IMG/VR virus record: IMGVR_UViG_3300008267_000025
Location: 1 to 64,000 of that record
Reading direction: 5' to 3' (one strand)
DNA: 64,000 nt
Origin: a virus
A program made the translations under genes and the position numbers. The first letter of the stretch is position 1. Each line of letters starts with the position of its first letter. The notes under the pieces are model-generated. The model was not told where the DNA came from and ran no database searches. It saw only the letters and a list, made by a program, of their open reading frames with translations. This document shows, piece after piece, positions 18,132 to 27,415 of the stretch.

Positions 18132-18476
18132 ATGTGTAAAATAATAATTGCTGGTAGTAGGACATTTAATGATTATAACTTATTGATAAAAACACTTAAA
18201 GAATTAAATTTAAATATTACAGAAATTGTTAGTGGAACGGCAAAAGGTGCTGATTCATTGGGTGAAAAATTCGCCACCGAAAATAATATACCAATTAAAA
18301 AATTCCCCCCAAATTGGTCTAAATATCATAAATCCGCAGGTGTTATCAGAAACCAAGAAATGATTGATTATGGGGATGTTTTAATAGCGTTTTGGGATAG
18401 AAATAGTAAAGGTACTCAGGATTCTATTAATAAAGCTCAAAAATCAGGTAAAAAAGTGTTCGTAATTGAATTTTAA
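18132..18476 (+). CDS. SLOG-family protein (YspA/DUF2493-like)
   Basis: IIAGSR, VSGTAKGADSLG, AGVIRN, AFWD..SKGT. Confidence 0.8.
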   Translation: MCKIIIAGSRTFNDYNLLIKTLKELNLNITEIVSGTAKGADSLGEKFATENNIPIKKFPPNWSKYHKSAGVIRNQEMIDYGDVLIAFWDRNSKGTQDSINKAQKSGKKVFVIEF

Positions 18477-18530
18477 TTTTTTTAATCTCAATTTAATTAC
18501 TTATCTTTGTTAATACTAAAACATAGTATT

Positions 18531-18848
18531 ATGGCAAAAAAAATAACCCAAACTTCACCTGTTAAAGTATTACATGAAACTCAATTAATTAATCGTGATT
18601 CGGCAAGAGTCTGTAAAATAGTTGAATTTAATGGTAAAAAATTCAAAATAATTTACGATTTAAGAAATGGTATTAGTGACCTTTCTTGTTACGTTATGGA
18701 TAATTATGGTGCGTTTCAATTCGCCTTAAACAAATACGATATAGGTCATAATTTTACGTGTTCTTATGTTAATAATGAAGAAACTAAAAAATCAGATATT
18801 AAAGTAGCTTTAGACTTATGTGAAAAAGTAATTATTAAAATATATTAA
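18531..18848 (+). CDS. hypothetical protein
   Basis: track ORF 18507; start MAKK. Confidence 0.65.
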   Translation: MAKKITQTSPVKVLHETQLINRDSARVCKIVEFNGKKFKIIYDLRNGISDLSCYVMDNYGAFQFALNKYDIGHNFTCSYVNNEETKKSDIKVALDLCEKVIIKIY

Positions 18849-18859
18849 TAATTTTACTT

Positions 18860-19024
18860 ATGAATAAATTTAATGATAAAGGTAAAAAGCATGGATATTG
18901 GGAAGGATATTATTCACATAGTAAGTTAATGTATAAAGGAAATTATAATAATGGAGTTCAAACAGGTTGTTGGGAATGGTATTACTTAGATGGTAATTTT
19001 TTAACAAAAGAATTTTTTTTATAA
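18860..19024 (+). CDS. MORN2/YwqK-like mini-protein (54 aa, singleton)
   Basis: MNKFNDKGKKHGYWE...KEFFL; read by hand. Confidence 0.8.
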   Translation: MNKFNDKGKKHGYWEGYYSHSKLMYKGNYNNGVQTGCWEWYYLDGNFLTKEFFL

Positions 19025-19047
19025 TATATTTATATAAAAAAGAAATT

Positions 19048-19614
19048 ATGAGTAAAGAAATGAGAGAACAAATTGATAAATTTAATAAATTACTTTTATC
19101 GGATTTTGATAAACCGACTTTAGATAGTTTATCTTCTATTTTAAATACAAATGTGAACATTATTGATTTTAATGATTTTGGTAAACTGAGTAGTAAAGAT
19201 GGTAAATTTGAACTAAACGGTGGTAAAAAACAAAAAATAAAAGATTATTATGTTGATATTCAAAATATTGATATTGTGAAAAAAAATAACAGTATTGTTG
19301 ATGTAACACTTTTAGTTATGACCATTTCAAATGAGTCAGAAACTATTGATATTGATTATGTTAAATCAACAGGTAAATTTAATGTGGTGTCTGTATCACC
19401 AGTTGATGTTGATTATAAAGATAAAGGTTTTACAAAAATATCTTTAGACAAATACACCAACGATAACAATATGGCTGGTTATACGATAAACAATAAGTTT
19501 ATTAGTGATAGAAAAGAATTGGCTAAACATTTTATAAGTATTAAGAAATTACAACCAAATGATTTCAAAAAATTAATACAACATTTAGGCGTATCTTATA
19601 AAAATTTAAAATAA
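19048..19614 (+). CDS. leader-bearing hypothetical protein
   Basis: MSKEMREQIDKFN leader similar to 4594; TATTTATA upstream. Confidence 0.7.
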   Translation: MSKEMREQIDKFNKLLLSDFDKPTLDSLSSILNTNVNIIDFNDFGKLSSKDGKFELNGGKKQKIKDYYVDIQNIDIVKKNNSIVDVTLLVMTISNESETIDIDYVKSTGKFNVVSVSPVDVDYKDKGFTKISLDKYTNDNNMAGYTINNKFISDRKELAKHFISIKKLQPNDFKKLIQHLGVSYKNLK

Positions 19615-19695
19615 TAGTAAAAAATAGTGTATATAAACCCTGACTAACCATCAGGGTTTTTTTGTTTATATCAAAATAAACAGTATATTTGTAAT

Positions 19696-19932
19696 ATGAA
19701 TCAATTAAATGATAAAGGTGAACGTCACGGGTATTGGGAAGAATACTGGTCAAATAATGTTATATCATCTAAAGGTGAATATATTAACAACAATAGGGTT
19801 GGTCTTTGGATATTGTACAGAACTGACGGCATCTTATCTTGTAAAGGAAATATACTTAATGGTGAACAAACAGGTTGTTGGGAATGGTATGATAAAAAAG
19901 GTAAATTAACACATAAAGCATTTTACTTATGA
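19696..19932 (+). CDS. MORN2/YwqK-like mini-protein
   Basis: repeat motif; first of an 11-gene chain. Confidence 0.85.
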   Translation: MNQLNDKGERHGYWEEYWSNNVISSKGEYINNNRVGLWILYRTDGILSCKGNILNGEQTGCWEWYDKKGKLTHKAFYL

Positions 19933-20093
19933 ATGAATTTAATGATAAAGGAAACGCTCATGGTTATTGGGAAACATATTGGAATAATGATAAGTCACAC
20001 TGGGAAGGTAATTTTAATAATGGTATAGAATGTGGTTATTGGACGTGGTATAAACCTGATGGTGAAATATTTCAAAAAGAATTTTACTTATGA
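19929..20093 (+). CDS. MORN2/YwqK-like mini-protein (54 aa)
   Basis: MNEFNDKGNAHGYWE; read by hand. Confidence 0.8.
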   Translation: MNEFNDKGNAHGYWETYWNNDKSHWEGNFNNGIECGYWTWYKPDGEIFQKEFYL

Positions 20094-20326
20094 ATCAATA
20101 TAATGATAAAGGACAAAGACATGGTTATTGGGAATTTTATTATCTTAATGATACTATAGCATATAAAGGAAGTTTCAATAATGGGAAAGAAGATGGGAAT
20201 TGTGAGGGTTATTATAATAATAAAAATTTACAGTTTAAAGGAAATTTCATTAATGGCGTAAAGAATGGTTATTGTGTAAGTTATAATTTAAATGGTAGTT
20301 TAAGAAATAAAGAATTTTATTTATGA
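20090..20326 (+). CDS. MORN2/YwqK-like mini-protein
   Basis: repeat motif. Confidence 0.85.
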   Translation: MNQYNDKGQRHGYWEFYYLNDTIAYKGSFNNGKEDGNCEGYYNNKNLQFKGNFINGVKNGYCVSYNLNGSLRNKEFYL

Positions 20327-20559
20327 ATCAATATAATGATAAAGGACAATTTCATGGTTATTGGGAACATCATTATTTGTGTGGTGAATTGTTAGGTAAA
20401 GGAACTTATATAAACGGTAAACGTCACGGATATTGGGAAGACTGTTATCGGAACGGAAAATTACAATGGGTTGGTAACTACAATAATGGAGAACGTATTG
20501 GTTATTGGGGTTGGTATAATAAGGATGGTAAATTAGAAGAAAAAGAATTTTACTTATGA
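20323..20559 (+). CDS. MORN2/YwqK-like mini-protein
   Basis: repeat motif. Confidence 0.85.
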   Translation: MNQYNDKGQFHGYWEHHYLCGELLGKGTYINGKRHGYWEDCYRNGKLQWVGNYNNGERIGYWGWYNKDGKLEEKEFYL

Positions 20560-20726
20560 ATAAATATAATTACAACGATAAAGGTCAGAGACACGGTTAC
20601 TGGGAATTATATTGGCTCAATGGTAATCCATGGTGTAGAGGAAGTTATATTAATAACGCTGCAACTGGTTATTGGGAATGGTATGATGATAGTGGAGAAT
20701 TTTTTGAAAAACAATTTTACTTATGA
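20556..20726 (+). CDS. MORN2/YwqK-like mini-protein (56 aa)
   Basis: MNKYNYNDKGQRHGYWE; read by hand. Confidence 0.8.
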   Translation: MNKYNYNDKGQRHGYWELYWLNGNPWCRGSYINNAATGYWEWYDDSGEFFEKQFYL

Positions 20727-20959
20727 ATCAATATAACGATAAAGGTGAACGTCATGGGTATTGGGAAGGATATCGAGGTAATGGTAATTTATGGTCTAAA
20801 GGAAACTATGTCAATGATAAACGTAACGGATGTTGGGAATTTTACTGGGGAAATGGTAAATTACAATGGAAAGGTAATTATAATAATGGTATAGAACGTG
20901 GTATTTGGGTGTGGTATGACAGTGATGGTAAATTAAAAGAGAAAGTTTTTCACTTATGA
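20723..20959 (+). CDS. MORN2/YwqK-like mini-protein
   Basis: repeat motif. Confidence 0.85.
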   Translation: MNQYNDKGERHGYWEGYRGNGNLWSKGNYVNDKRNGCWEFYWGNGKLQWKGNYNNGIERGIWVWYDSDGKLKEKVFHL

Positions 20960-21192
20960 ATAAATTAAACGATAAAGGTTATAAACATGGATATTGGGAA
21001 ATATATGACAGTTATAACAATCTCTATGCTAAAGGAGAATACATTAACGGATTTAAGAATGGTTATTGGGAGGAATATTATTCTAATGGTAACTTAGTAT
21101 GGAAAGGTTATTTTAAAGATAATAAGGATGTTGACTTTTGGCAATTCTATAGTATGTCAGGTAATTTAGCATTAAAAACTTTTAGATTATGA
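20956..21192 (+). CDS. MORN2/YwqK-like mini-protein
   Basis: repeat motif. Confidence 0.85.
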   Translation: MNKLNDKGYKHGYWEIYDSYNNLYAKGEYINGFKNGYWEEYYSNGNLVWKGYFKDNKDVDFWQFYSMSGNLALKTFRL

Positions 21193-21425
21193 ATGAAAGA
21201 GATGATAAAGGTAAACGTCACGGATATTGGGAAAATTATTTTTCTAATGGTAATATATCTTGGAAAGGTAATTTCATTAATGGTGAACCTGATGGTTATT
21301 GGGAGTACTATTATTTTAATGGTAATATATCGTATAAAGGAAATTATAATAATGGAGAAAGTAACTGTTACTGTGAATATTATAGCCCTGACGGTATAAT
21401 AAAAGAAAAAGGATTTCACTTATGA
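21189..21425 (+). CDS. MORN2/YwqK-like mini-protein
   Basis: repeat motif. Confidence 0.85.
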   Translation: MNERDDKGKRHGYWENYFSNGNISWKGNFINGEPDGYWEYYYFNGNISYKGNYNNGESNCYCEYYSPDGIIKEKGFHL

Positions 21426-21658
21426 ATCAATATAACGAAAATAGGTTAAAAGAAGGTTATTGGGAAGCTTATTATTCTAATGGTAACCTGGGGTATAAAG
21501 GGAATTATATTAATGGTAAGTCAGTTGGTTATTGGGAAGAATATTATGTTAATGGTAATTTATCTAAAAAAGGTAATTATATTAATGATGAATATATAGG
21601 TAATTGGGAATGGTATGACAGTAATGGTAATTTATACGAAAAAGAATTTTACTTATGA
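21422..21658 (+). CDS. MORN2/YwqK-like mini-protein
   Basis: close paralogue of 21816. Confidence 0.85.
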   Translation: MNQYNENRLKEGYWEAYYSNGNLGYKGNYINGKSVGYWEEYYVNGNLSKKGNYINDEYIGNWEWYDSNGNLYEKEFYL

Positions 21659-21819
21659 ATCAATTTAATGAAAGAGGTGAACACCACGGATATTGGGAAG
21701 AAACTTATTTTAACGATGTTATATGGTATAAAGGAAATTATGTCAACAATCAAATGGTTGGTCATTGGGAAGTTTTTAATGTTTTTGGTCAAATAACAGA
21801 TAAAGCGTTTTTTTTATGA
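21655..21819 (+). CDS. MORN2/YwqK-like mini-protein (54 aa)
   Basis: MNQFNERGEHHGYWE; paralogue of 15418. Confidence 0.8.
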   Translation: MNQFNERGEHHGYWEETYFNDVIWYKGNYVNNQMVGHWEVFNVFGQITDKAFFL

Positions 21820-22052
21820 ATCAATTTAATGATAAAGGGTTAAAAGAAGGTTATTGGGAAGCTTATTATTCTAATGGTAACCTGTGGTATAAAGGAAATT
21901 TCAGTAATGATAAGTCAGTTGGTTATTGTGAAGAATATTATCTGAATGGTAGTTTATATTGTAAAGGTGAGTTTAACTACGATGAATATTTAGGTTATTG
22001 GGAATGGTACTATATAGATGGTAATTTAGTTATTAAAGAATTTTACTTATGA
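21816..22052 (+). CDS. MORN2/YwqK-like mini-protein
   Basis: repeat motif; last of chain, followed by terminator at 22066. Confidence 0.85.
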   Translation: MNQFNDKGLKEGYWEAYYSNGNLWYKGNFSNDKSVGYCEEYYLNGSLYCKGEFNYDEYLGYWEWYYIDGNLVIKEFYL

Positions 22053-22128
22053 ATATAATGATAATAACCCTGAATAACATCAGGGTTTTTTATTGCCATA
22101 TAAAATTAAATTATTATATTTGTATACA

Positions 22129-22386
22129 ATGGATTATATAAACGCTTTTAAACATTTCTCAGAGAGACTAAAGGAAAGATTTAGTCAGGAGATTACATAT
22201 GAACACTATATAAATAATCTTATTAGAAAAAGAACATTAGATAAGAAATATATTGGTAAACATGTAAGATATATGGATGGGGAAAAGGTATATGTTTATC
22301 TTATATATAAGAAAGTGGAACTACCTATTACTGTATATAAATTAGATAGGATTAATAAGGGACGAGTACTTAAAACCTTATCATAA
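22129..22386 (+). CDS. hypothetical protein
   Basis: start MDYINAFKHFSERL after TATATTTG. Confidence 0.6.
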   Translation: MDYINAFKHFSERLKERFSQEITYEHYINNLIRKRTLDKKYIGKHVRYMDGEKVYVYLIYKKVELPITVYKLDRINKGRVLKTLS

Positions 22387-23313
22387 ATAAGACACCACTT
22401 TTTATAAGGATGAAATTCTAATCTAACCTAAAAATAATCTCACTTATAAGAGGCTCGGTGTTTATCCCTGTTAAGGTAGCCACACAACGACAGATGATTA
22501 AAATTATTAACTAAACAAACTCATTCATACATCCCCCACCCTAACGGTGGGTCGTTACGTTACACTTCGTTCCACTCCACTAATGTACTCATTCTTTTGT
22601 TTACTTAATAATTTTCCCCCAATGTAATATTATTAGATTATAATAACCCCCCTTTCTAAAGACATACAAATAATAAATTTTAAATGGTATAATACGTCTT
22701 TATATATAATCTATGGTAATATCATCACTATACGAAAATCGTATAATATAAGGGATATTATATGGTATTATACAAGTAACGTATATAGTAATCTATTATG
22801 ACAAAGTTATTAATTATATCCCATTGTCAGGTTTCACCTGAAATATTATATATCCCAAACTAACTTTCTTTAGTAGATTTATCATAATTTGTTATGGTAT
22901 GTCTATTTAATAGGGACTTTGAATGTCCTCATTGAAGATATATTCATAACTATTCTAACACACTACGTGTTTCCCCCGATACTATACCATTATTATATAC
23001 TATTTGCTGGGTTTTACCACTATCAAAAAAAATACCCCTCACACTATCAAGAACAACACTTTTTTACGTTCCTGATATCCACATCACCATTATCGGTGGT
23101 AAATAGTGTAACTTCGTGGTAAACAGTAGTGGTAAATAGTGGGGAAAGAGATTATCCCCATCATCAATCAAACATGACATTCTGACAAAAACAAGTTTTT
23201 TAACATATTTATTTATCAACAATTCCCCCTAATTATATCAACAACCCAATTTTGTAATAAACAAAAACCCCGTTCATAACTTTATTTTATTGTACCAATT
23301 ATTATATTATATT

Positions 23314-23622
23314 ATGGAAATCCTAAATCACTTCAATATAACCGTTATCAATGATAACCAAACCTATCAAATCATCTATTCAAAAGAAAATTATAAGGGA
23401 AGTTGTACATATAAAGAATTAACCCCACTATCAAAAAAACAATCAGGAAAAATATATGTATTAACAGATTCTAATATGGGGGATGTTATAGAATATATAC
23501 ATAAACTTTCCCCACTATCCGAAAAAGATTTTAATAATATCCAAATGAGTATAAGAGAACATTCCCTCTCTAATCTGAAATCTCATCTTCTTCAATTAAA
23601 TGACGACGCCACCATCGACTAA
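23314..23622 (+). CDS. hypothetical protein
   Basis: track ORF 23290; start MEIL. Confidence 0.55.
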   Translation: MEILNHFNITVINDNQTYQIIYSKENYKGSCTYKELTPLSKKQSGKIYVLTDSNMGDVIEYIHKLSPLSEKDFNNIQMSIREHSLSNLKSHLLQLNDDATID

Positions 23623-23780
23623 TCAAACCATCACCCCTAATATATCTATCAACAAAAAATATCAGAATCAATATAACCCCAACTATTATACTATATAAAA
23701 TCATATTATAATTATATATTTTATTCTTGGCAATATCAATCTATTTCATTATCTTTGTTAAGGTTCTTTGATATAATATT

Positions 23781-23900
23781 AGTCAGGTGGTGAAATTGGT
23801 AGACGCTGCTGTGGGGCGACACCACTCTATATAAAAACAGCATAAGCTCTTATGATTGTGTACAGATTATAAGGTACAGGTTCGAATCCTGTCCTGACGA
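23781..23900 (+). ncRNA. tRNA-like RNA 7
   Basis: AGTCAGGTGGTGAAATTGGTAGACGC...ACAGGTTCGAATCCTGTCCTGAC; branched insert; TATCTTTG box at 23750. Confidence 0.7.
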
Positions 23901-24064
23901 CTACTATACACAAAGTGTATTAGTGATGGTTGACTTAATTGTCTTGTGGCGATACCTTAATTCGACTTACTCTATCCACGAGATAGAGTTTTTTAATAAA
24001 GTTGACAATATAAAATATATTACGTATCTTTGTTAGAGTTCTTTGAATGATTTAAATATGATAT

Positions 24065-24139
24065 AGCGAGTCGGAGAAATGGTAACTCGTTGGGCTCATA
24101 ACCCAAAGATAAGTGGTTCGATTCCACTACTCGCAACCA
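24065..24139 (+). tRNA. tRNA-Met(CAT), probably initiator
   Basis: anticodon arm TTGGG-CTCATAA-CCCAA, mismatched 1:72 pair, encoded CCA. Confidence 0.9.
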
Positions 24140-24146
24140 AATATAT

Positions 24147-24218
24147 GCTCCCATAGTCTATCGGTTAGGACGCATCCCTTTCACGGATGAGAGACGAGTT
24201 CGATTCTCGTTGGGAGTA
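24147..24218 (+). tRNA. tRNA-Glu(TTC)
   Basis: cloverleaf; CATCC-CTTTCAC-GGATG. Confidence 0.9.
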
Positions 24219-24222
24219 CTTT

Positions 24223-24299
24223 AGTCAGGTAGCACATTGGAGATGCACGGTAAGGCGACCCCTTATGTGGATACGCAGGTTCGAATCCTGTCCTGGCTA
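24223..24299 (+). ncRNA. tRNA-like RNA 8 (tRNA-sized, abnormal anticodon loop)
   Basis: AGTCAGG/CCTGGCT acceptor and shared T arm; loop GCGACCC lacks U33. Confidence 0.65.
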
Positions 24300-24316
24300 C
24301 AAAAAAAATAAACGTT

Positions 24317-24484
24317 ATGGAAAAGACATTATTAAACATCTTACTCATCCCAACTATTGGGGGTACTATTATGACTCTATGTTCTCTTATACTTAATGAT
24401 TTTAACTTAACCATCAGTTCATTATCAATTACAGTATTCAGTTCTTCCATTTACTTAACAGGTTTATTAATGAAAAAATCATGA
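24317..24484 (+). CDS. small membrane protein (55 aa)
   Basis: MEKTLLNILLIPTIGG; read by hand; overlaps next ATG. Confidence 0.55.
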   Translation: MEKTLLNILLIPTIGGTIMTLCSLILNDFNLTISSLSITVFSSSIYLTGLLMKKS

Positions 24485-24675
24485 TACAAATCGACGATAT
24501 AATAAAATACGAAGAAGGTGATATGACAGAGATTGAAATGATTCACTTATTTAGTGGTCTAATCAAATCTAAACAAGCTTGGTCTCTCCAAGGTCACTAC
24601 GGAAGAACTGCAACTTCCCTCATCCAAAATAATATATTAGATATGGATGGGAATATATTAATCGATTTGGAATAA
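24481..24675 (+). CDS. hypothetical phage protein
   Basis: YEEG...LF..LI...AWSLQGHYGRTA motif. Confidence 0.75.
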   Translation: MIQIDDIIKYEEGDMTEIEMIHLFSGLIKSKQAWSLQGHYGRTATSLIQNNILDMDGNILIDLE

Positions 24676-24682
24676 TATGATT

Positions 24683-24754
24683 GGCCCCATAGTTAAACGG
24701 AGATAACGAATCTCTTCTAAAGATTAGTTCCTAGTTCGATTCTAGGTGGGGCTA
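24683..24754 (+). tRNA. tRNA-Arg(TCT)
   Basis: cloverleaf; AATCT-CTTCTAA-AGATT. Confidence 0.9.
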
Positions 24755-25351
24755 CTAATTATCCCTTTTTATATCTCTATTTATTTTACTACATAGTGGT
24801 TGTAAATTACTAAAATGATTTAATTTAATAACATCCTCTTCACTATTACACATTGAAAGAGGTTTGATGTGGTCAATATCCCAACCATAATTAAACTTCC
24901 CATTATATAATCCATAATTATCCCAACTCATCCACGATTCAAATTTAGATTCTATATATTCTTTTAACTCACCATAGGTACAACCTATAATATCATTCGT
25001 ACTTACTGATTTAGTTATAGACAATTTCTTTATTATTTGATTAATTCTTTTATAAATTAAGGTTTTCAACCTATAAATAGGGTCATTGATTAACTTATTT
25101 CTCCTATAGTTATTCTTACGTTCTTTTATAATATCTTTATTCTCCTGATAATACTCCGAATCCCTAACTTTCCTTATTTCTTTTGTCGATTCATAATACT
25201 TTTTATTATACTCCTTAGTACGATTCTTATGAGAATCGTTATTTACCCTCCAATTTTTTCTATACTCTTTCTTACATAGTTTACAGATATTACCACTCTT
25301 GGGAAACTCACTAAGTTCTTTATTTAAATCACATTTAATACACTCTTTCAT
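24755..25351 (-). CDS. HNH endonuclease (free-standing homing type)
   Basis: N-terminal CxxC pairs; WDIDHIKPLS...NHFSNLQPL..N. Confidence 0.85.
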   Translation of the reverse strand: MKECIKCDLNKELSEFPKSGNICKLCKKEYRKNWRVNNDSHKNRTKEYNKKYYESTKEIRKVRDSEYYQENKDIIKERKNNYRRNKLINDPIYRLKTLIYKRINQIIKKLSITKSVSTNDIIGCTYGELKEYIESKFESWMSWDNYGLYNGKFNYGWDIDHIKPLSMCNSEEDVIKLNHFSNLQPLCSKINRDIKRDN

Positions 25352-25963
25352 ATTAATAAATATATGAAGTTTCCCTAAGTGAACTTACATTTATTTGGTA
25401 GTCTCATTATATTTCACTACCTTTACTATGTCACCTACGGGAGTGGTTAAGACGGGCGGTTTAATAATTAAATTGGGGATTTTCTAAGTGAACCTGCTCT
25501 ATACTCTAATATCCCCCACACTTATTCGCAGGTCGGAGTCCACTCTCTCCCCAATCCTATTGGTTAGCCGTCAAGGGTATAACCCCAATCACTATATCAA
25601 AGGTAATCATTCCCCCATTCATTTACAAATTAACTTATCAACATGTTACACTGTCATGTTAATATCTTTATTTGTCCTTATCATTTGTTTTACATGACCC
25701 CCATATTTAACCCATATCATTCGTAGGGAGGTAGGGGTCTTTTATTATACCACAAACCATTTAAACCCCCCTATACCCCTCCTATTGGGGGATAGACCCC
25801 CTCCCCTCCCCGTATCCCCCCTCCATATAGTGACTTTTTGACATGAAAATGGGGGGATAAAGCCTTAATCGATGTTTATAATTAAAAACCTAAAAAAAAT
25901 TCTAGAAAAATTTTTTGGAAAAATGAACCCCTATATAATATGTGGGGTGTGTATTTATTTCAT

Positions 25964-26362
25964 ATGAAAAATGAAAAATCCCCAAATGATGAGTTAGATG
26001 TTAAGGAGGTTAAATTAAGGGATTGGGTGAGTGTATATAAGAGATATAATTTTCATTTAAATAATGAAGTGGTTGGTTACATGATAGGGTTAAAGAAGGA
26101 TGGTGTATTTAATCTTGATGTAATTCAAACAGACATACGATATAGGGGTAAACATATGGGTGAGAAATTCATTATAAAGTATTTACAGAAGTTTGGTGGT
26201 AGTATATGTTCAGAACCTAGTGGTGGGAGAAGTTATACGGCTGATAAAATGTGGGAAAGATTATATAGGAGAGATGATGTTATAATTATGAAGGAGGAGA
26301 TTTTTCATTCCTATGATAAAATAATAATTAATCATTATACTATATCATTGAAATTTATATAA
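25964..26362 (+). CDS. GNAT-like acetyltransferase
   Basis: YRGKHMG acetyl-CoA loop; ...ADKMWERL. Confidence 0.6.
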   Translation: MKNEKSPNDELDVKEVKLRDWVSVYKRYNFHLNNEVVGYMIGLKKDGVFNLDVIQTDIRYRGKHMGEKFIIKYLQKFGGSICSEPSGGRSYTADKMWERLYRRDDVIIMKEEIFHSYDKIIINHYTISLKFI

Positions 26363-26446
26363 CACGACCCCCTATTTTAAATTACTCTTCAATGTAAAAA
26401 AATTCTGGAAAAATTTTTTGGGAAAATTAAGTATTTATAAAGTGAT

Positions 26447-27328
26447 ATGAGAAAATTAATTATAACAGAAAATGATAAACAAAACATTCTTAGGATGTAT
26501 GGGTTGATTAATGAACAATCATCCCCGTGTCAATTTGACAATTATCAAAATGGGGATGGTGTTAATAAACCAAAAATAACAATTAATAAGTCATCTGTCG
26601 GTGTTGAGTTGATATATGAAGGACCTGAGACAGGATTTTGCATCCAACATTCAAAAGGGTCGACAGGTGATAGTATCCATCAATTGGCCGGTGTGACACG
26701 AGTGGTTGTTTCTAGATACCTTAAAGAATTGTATGGTAATGGAATTTATGTTTATCCGGACTTAAAAAGCATAACCATGGTTAAAAAAGATATGTTTTTT
26801 AACATTAATATACCTTTTGTTAAAACAACCGAAGATAAAGCAATTACCAATTTTAATGAGAGAGGTGGTTGGGGACATAATGGTATTAGTTCACTTAACG
26901 ATTTTAAGAGTACTATATCAGATAAGAATAAATATGGTTTGGTTAGTGTTGTAACCAAAGTAGCGTCAGGCGGTAATTCTCCCGATATAACGGAACATTG
27001 GGTTTCATTTAGAGATTTAGTTGCGTATCCTATTAAGGGTGGTAATACATTGAATAATTTGGATAAGAAAGAACCTATTAAAGTAAATACCCCTGATTTA
27101 ACAACAAAACTAAGTAATTTAGATAAGAAAGAGACTATTAATAAATCAACGGGTGATAAAATAGTTACTAATTATGATAGGGCGTATGATTATAAATTAA
27201 CTTCAGATAATAAAGTTATGTTTAAGGGTAAGAAATGGACTAAGTATGGTGAAAAGTATCCTGAATGGACTGACCCGTTAAGTGAAAAAGGTGAAACCGC
27301 TATTAGAACTAAAGTTTTTAAACAATAA
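26447..27328 (+). CDS. leader-bearing hypothetical protein
   Basis: MRKLIITENDKQNILRMYGLINEQ. Confidence 0.8.
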   Translation: MRKLIITENDKQNILRMYGLINEQSSPCQFDNYQNGDGVNKPKITINKSSVGVELIYEGPETGFCIQHSKGSTGDSIHQLAGVTRVVVSRYLKELYGNGIYVYPDLKSITMVKKDMFFNINIPFVKTTEDKAITNFNERGGWGHNGISSLNDFKSTISDKNKYGLVSVVTKVASGGNSPDITEHWVSFRDLVAYPIKGGNTLNNLDKKEPIKVNTPDLTTKLSNLDKKETINKSTGDKIVTNYDRAYDYKLTSDNKVMFKGKKWTKYGEKYPEWTDPLSEKGETAIRTKVFKQ

Positions 27329-27415
27329 TAATATAATTAAAACCCCATCTTAGTATGGGGTTTTTTATTAGATTTTTTTGGAAAAATTAAGTATTTATAA
27401 ATAAATTAAAACAAT

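Noticed and set aside
12899-22052. MORN arrays as CRISPR or diversity-generating retroelement
   Set aside because: The repeats are degenerate protein-coding units, not fixed repeats with spacers. Differences between close pairs (21422 vs 21816) are not limited to adenines, and no reverse transcriptase or cas gene is in the window.
14471-22052. Programmed frameshifting fusing MORN genes into a polyprotein
   Set aside because: Most junctions (GAA TTT TAC TTA TGA) lack an X-XXY-YYZ slippery site; ATGA translational coupling suffices.
24223-24299. Canonical tRNA-Val(GAC)
   Set aside because: The loop lacks U33 and purine 37, arm spacing is abnormal, and the ends match the tRNA-like family.
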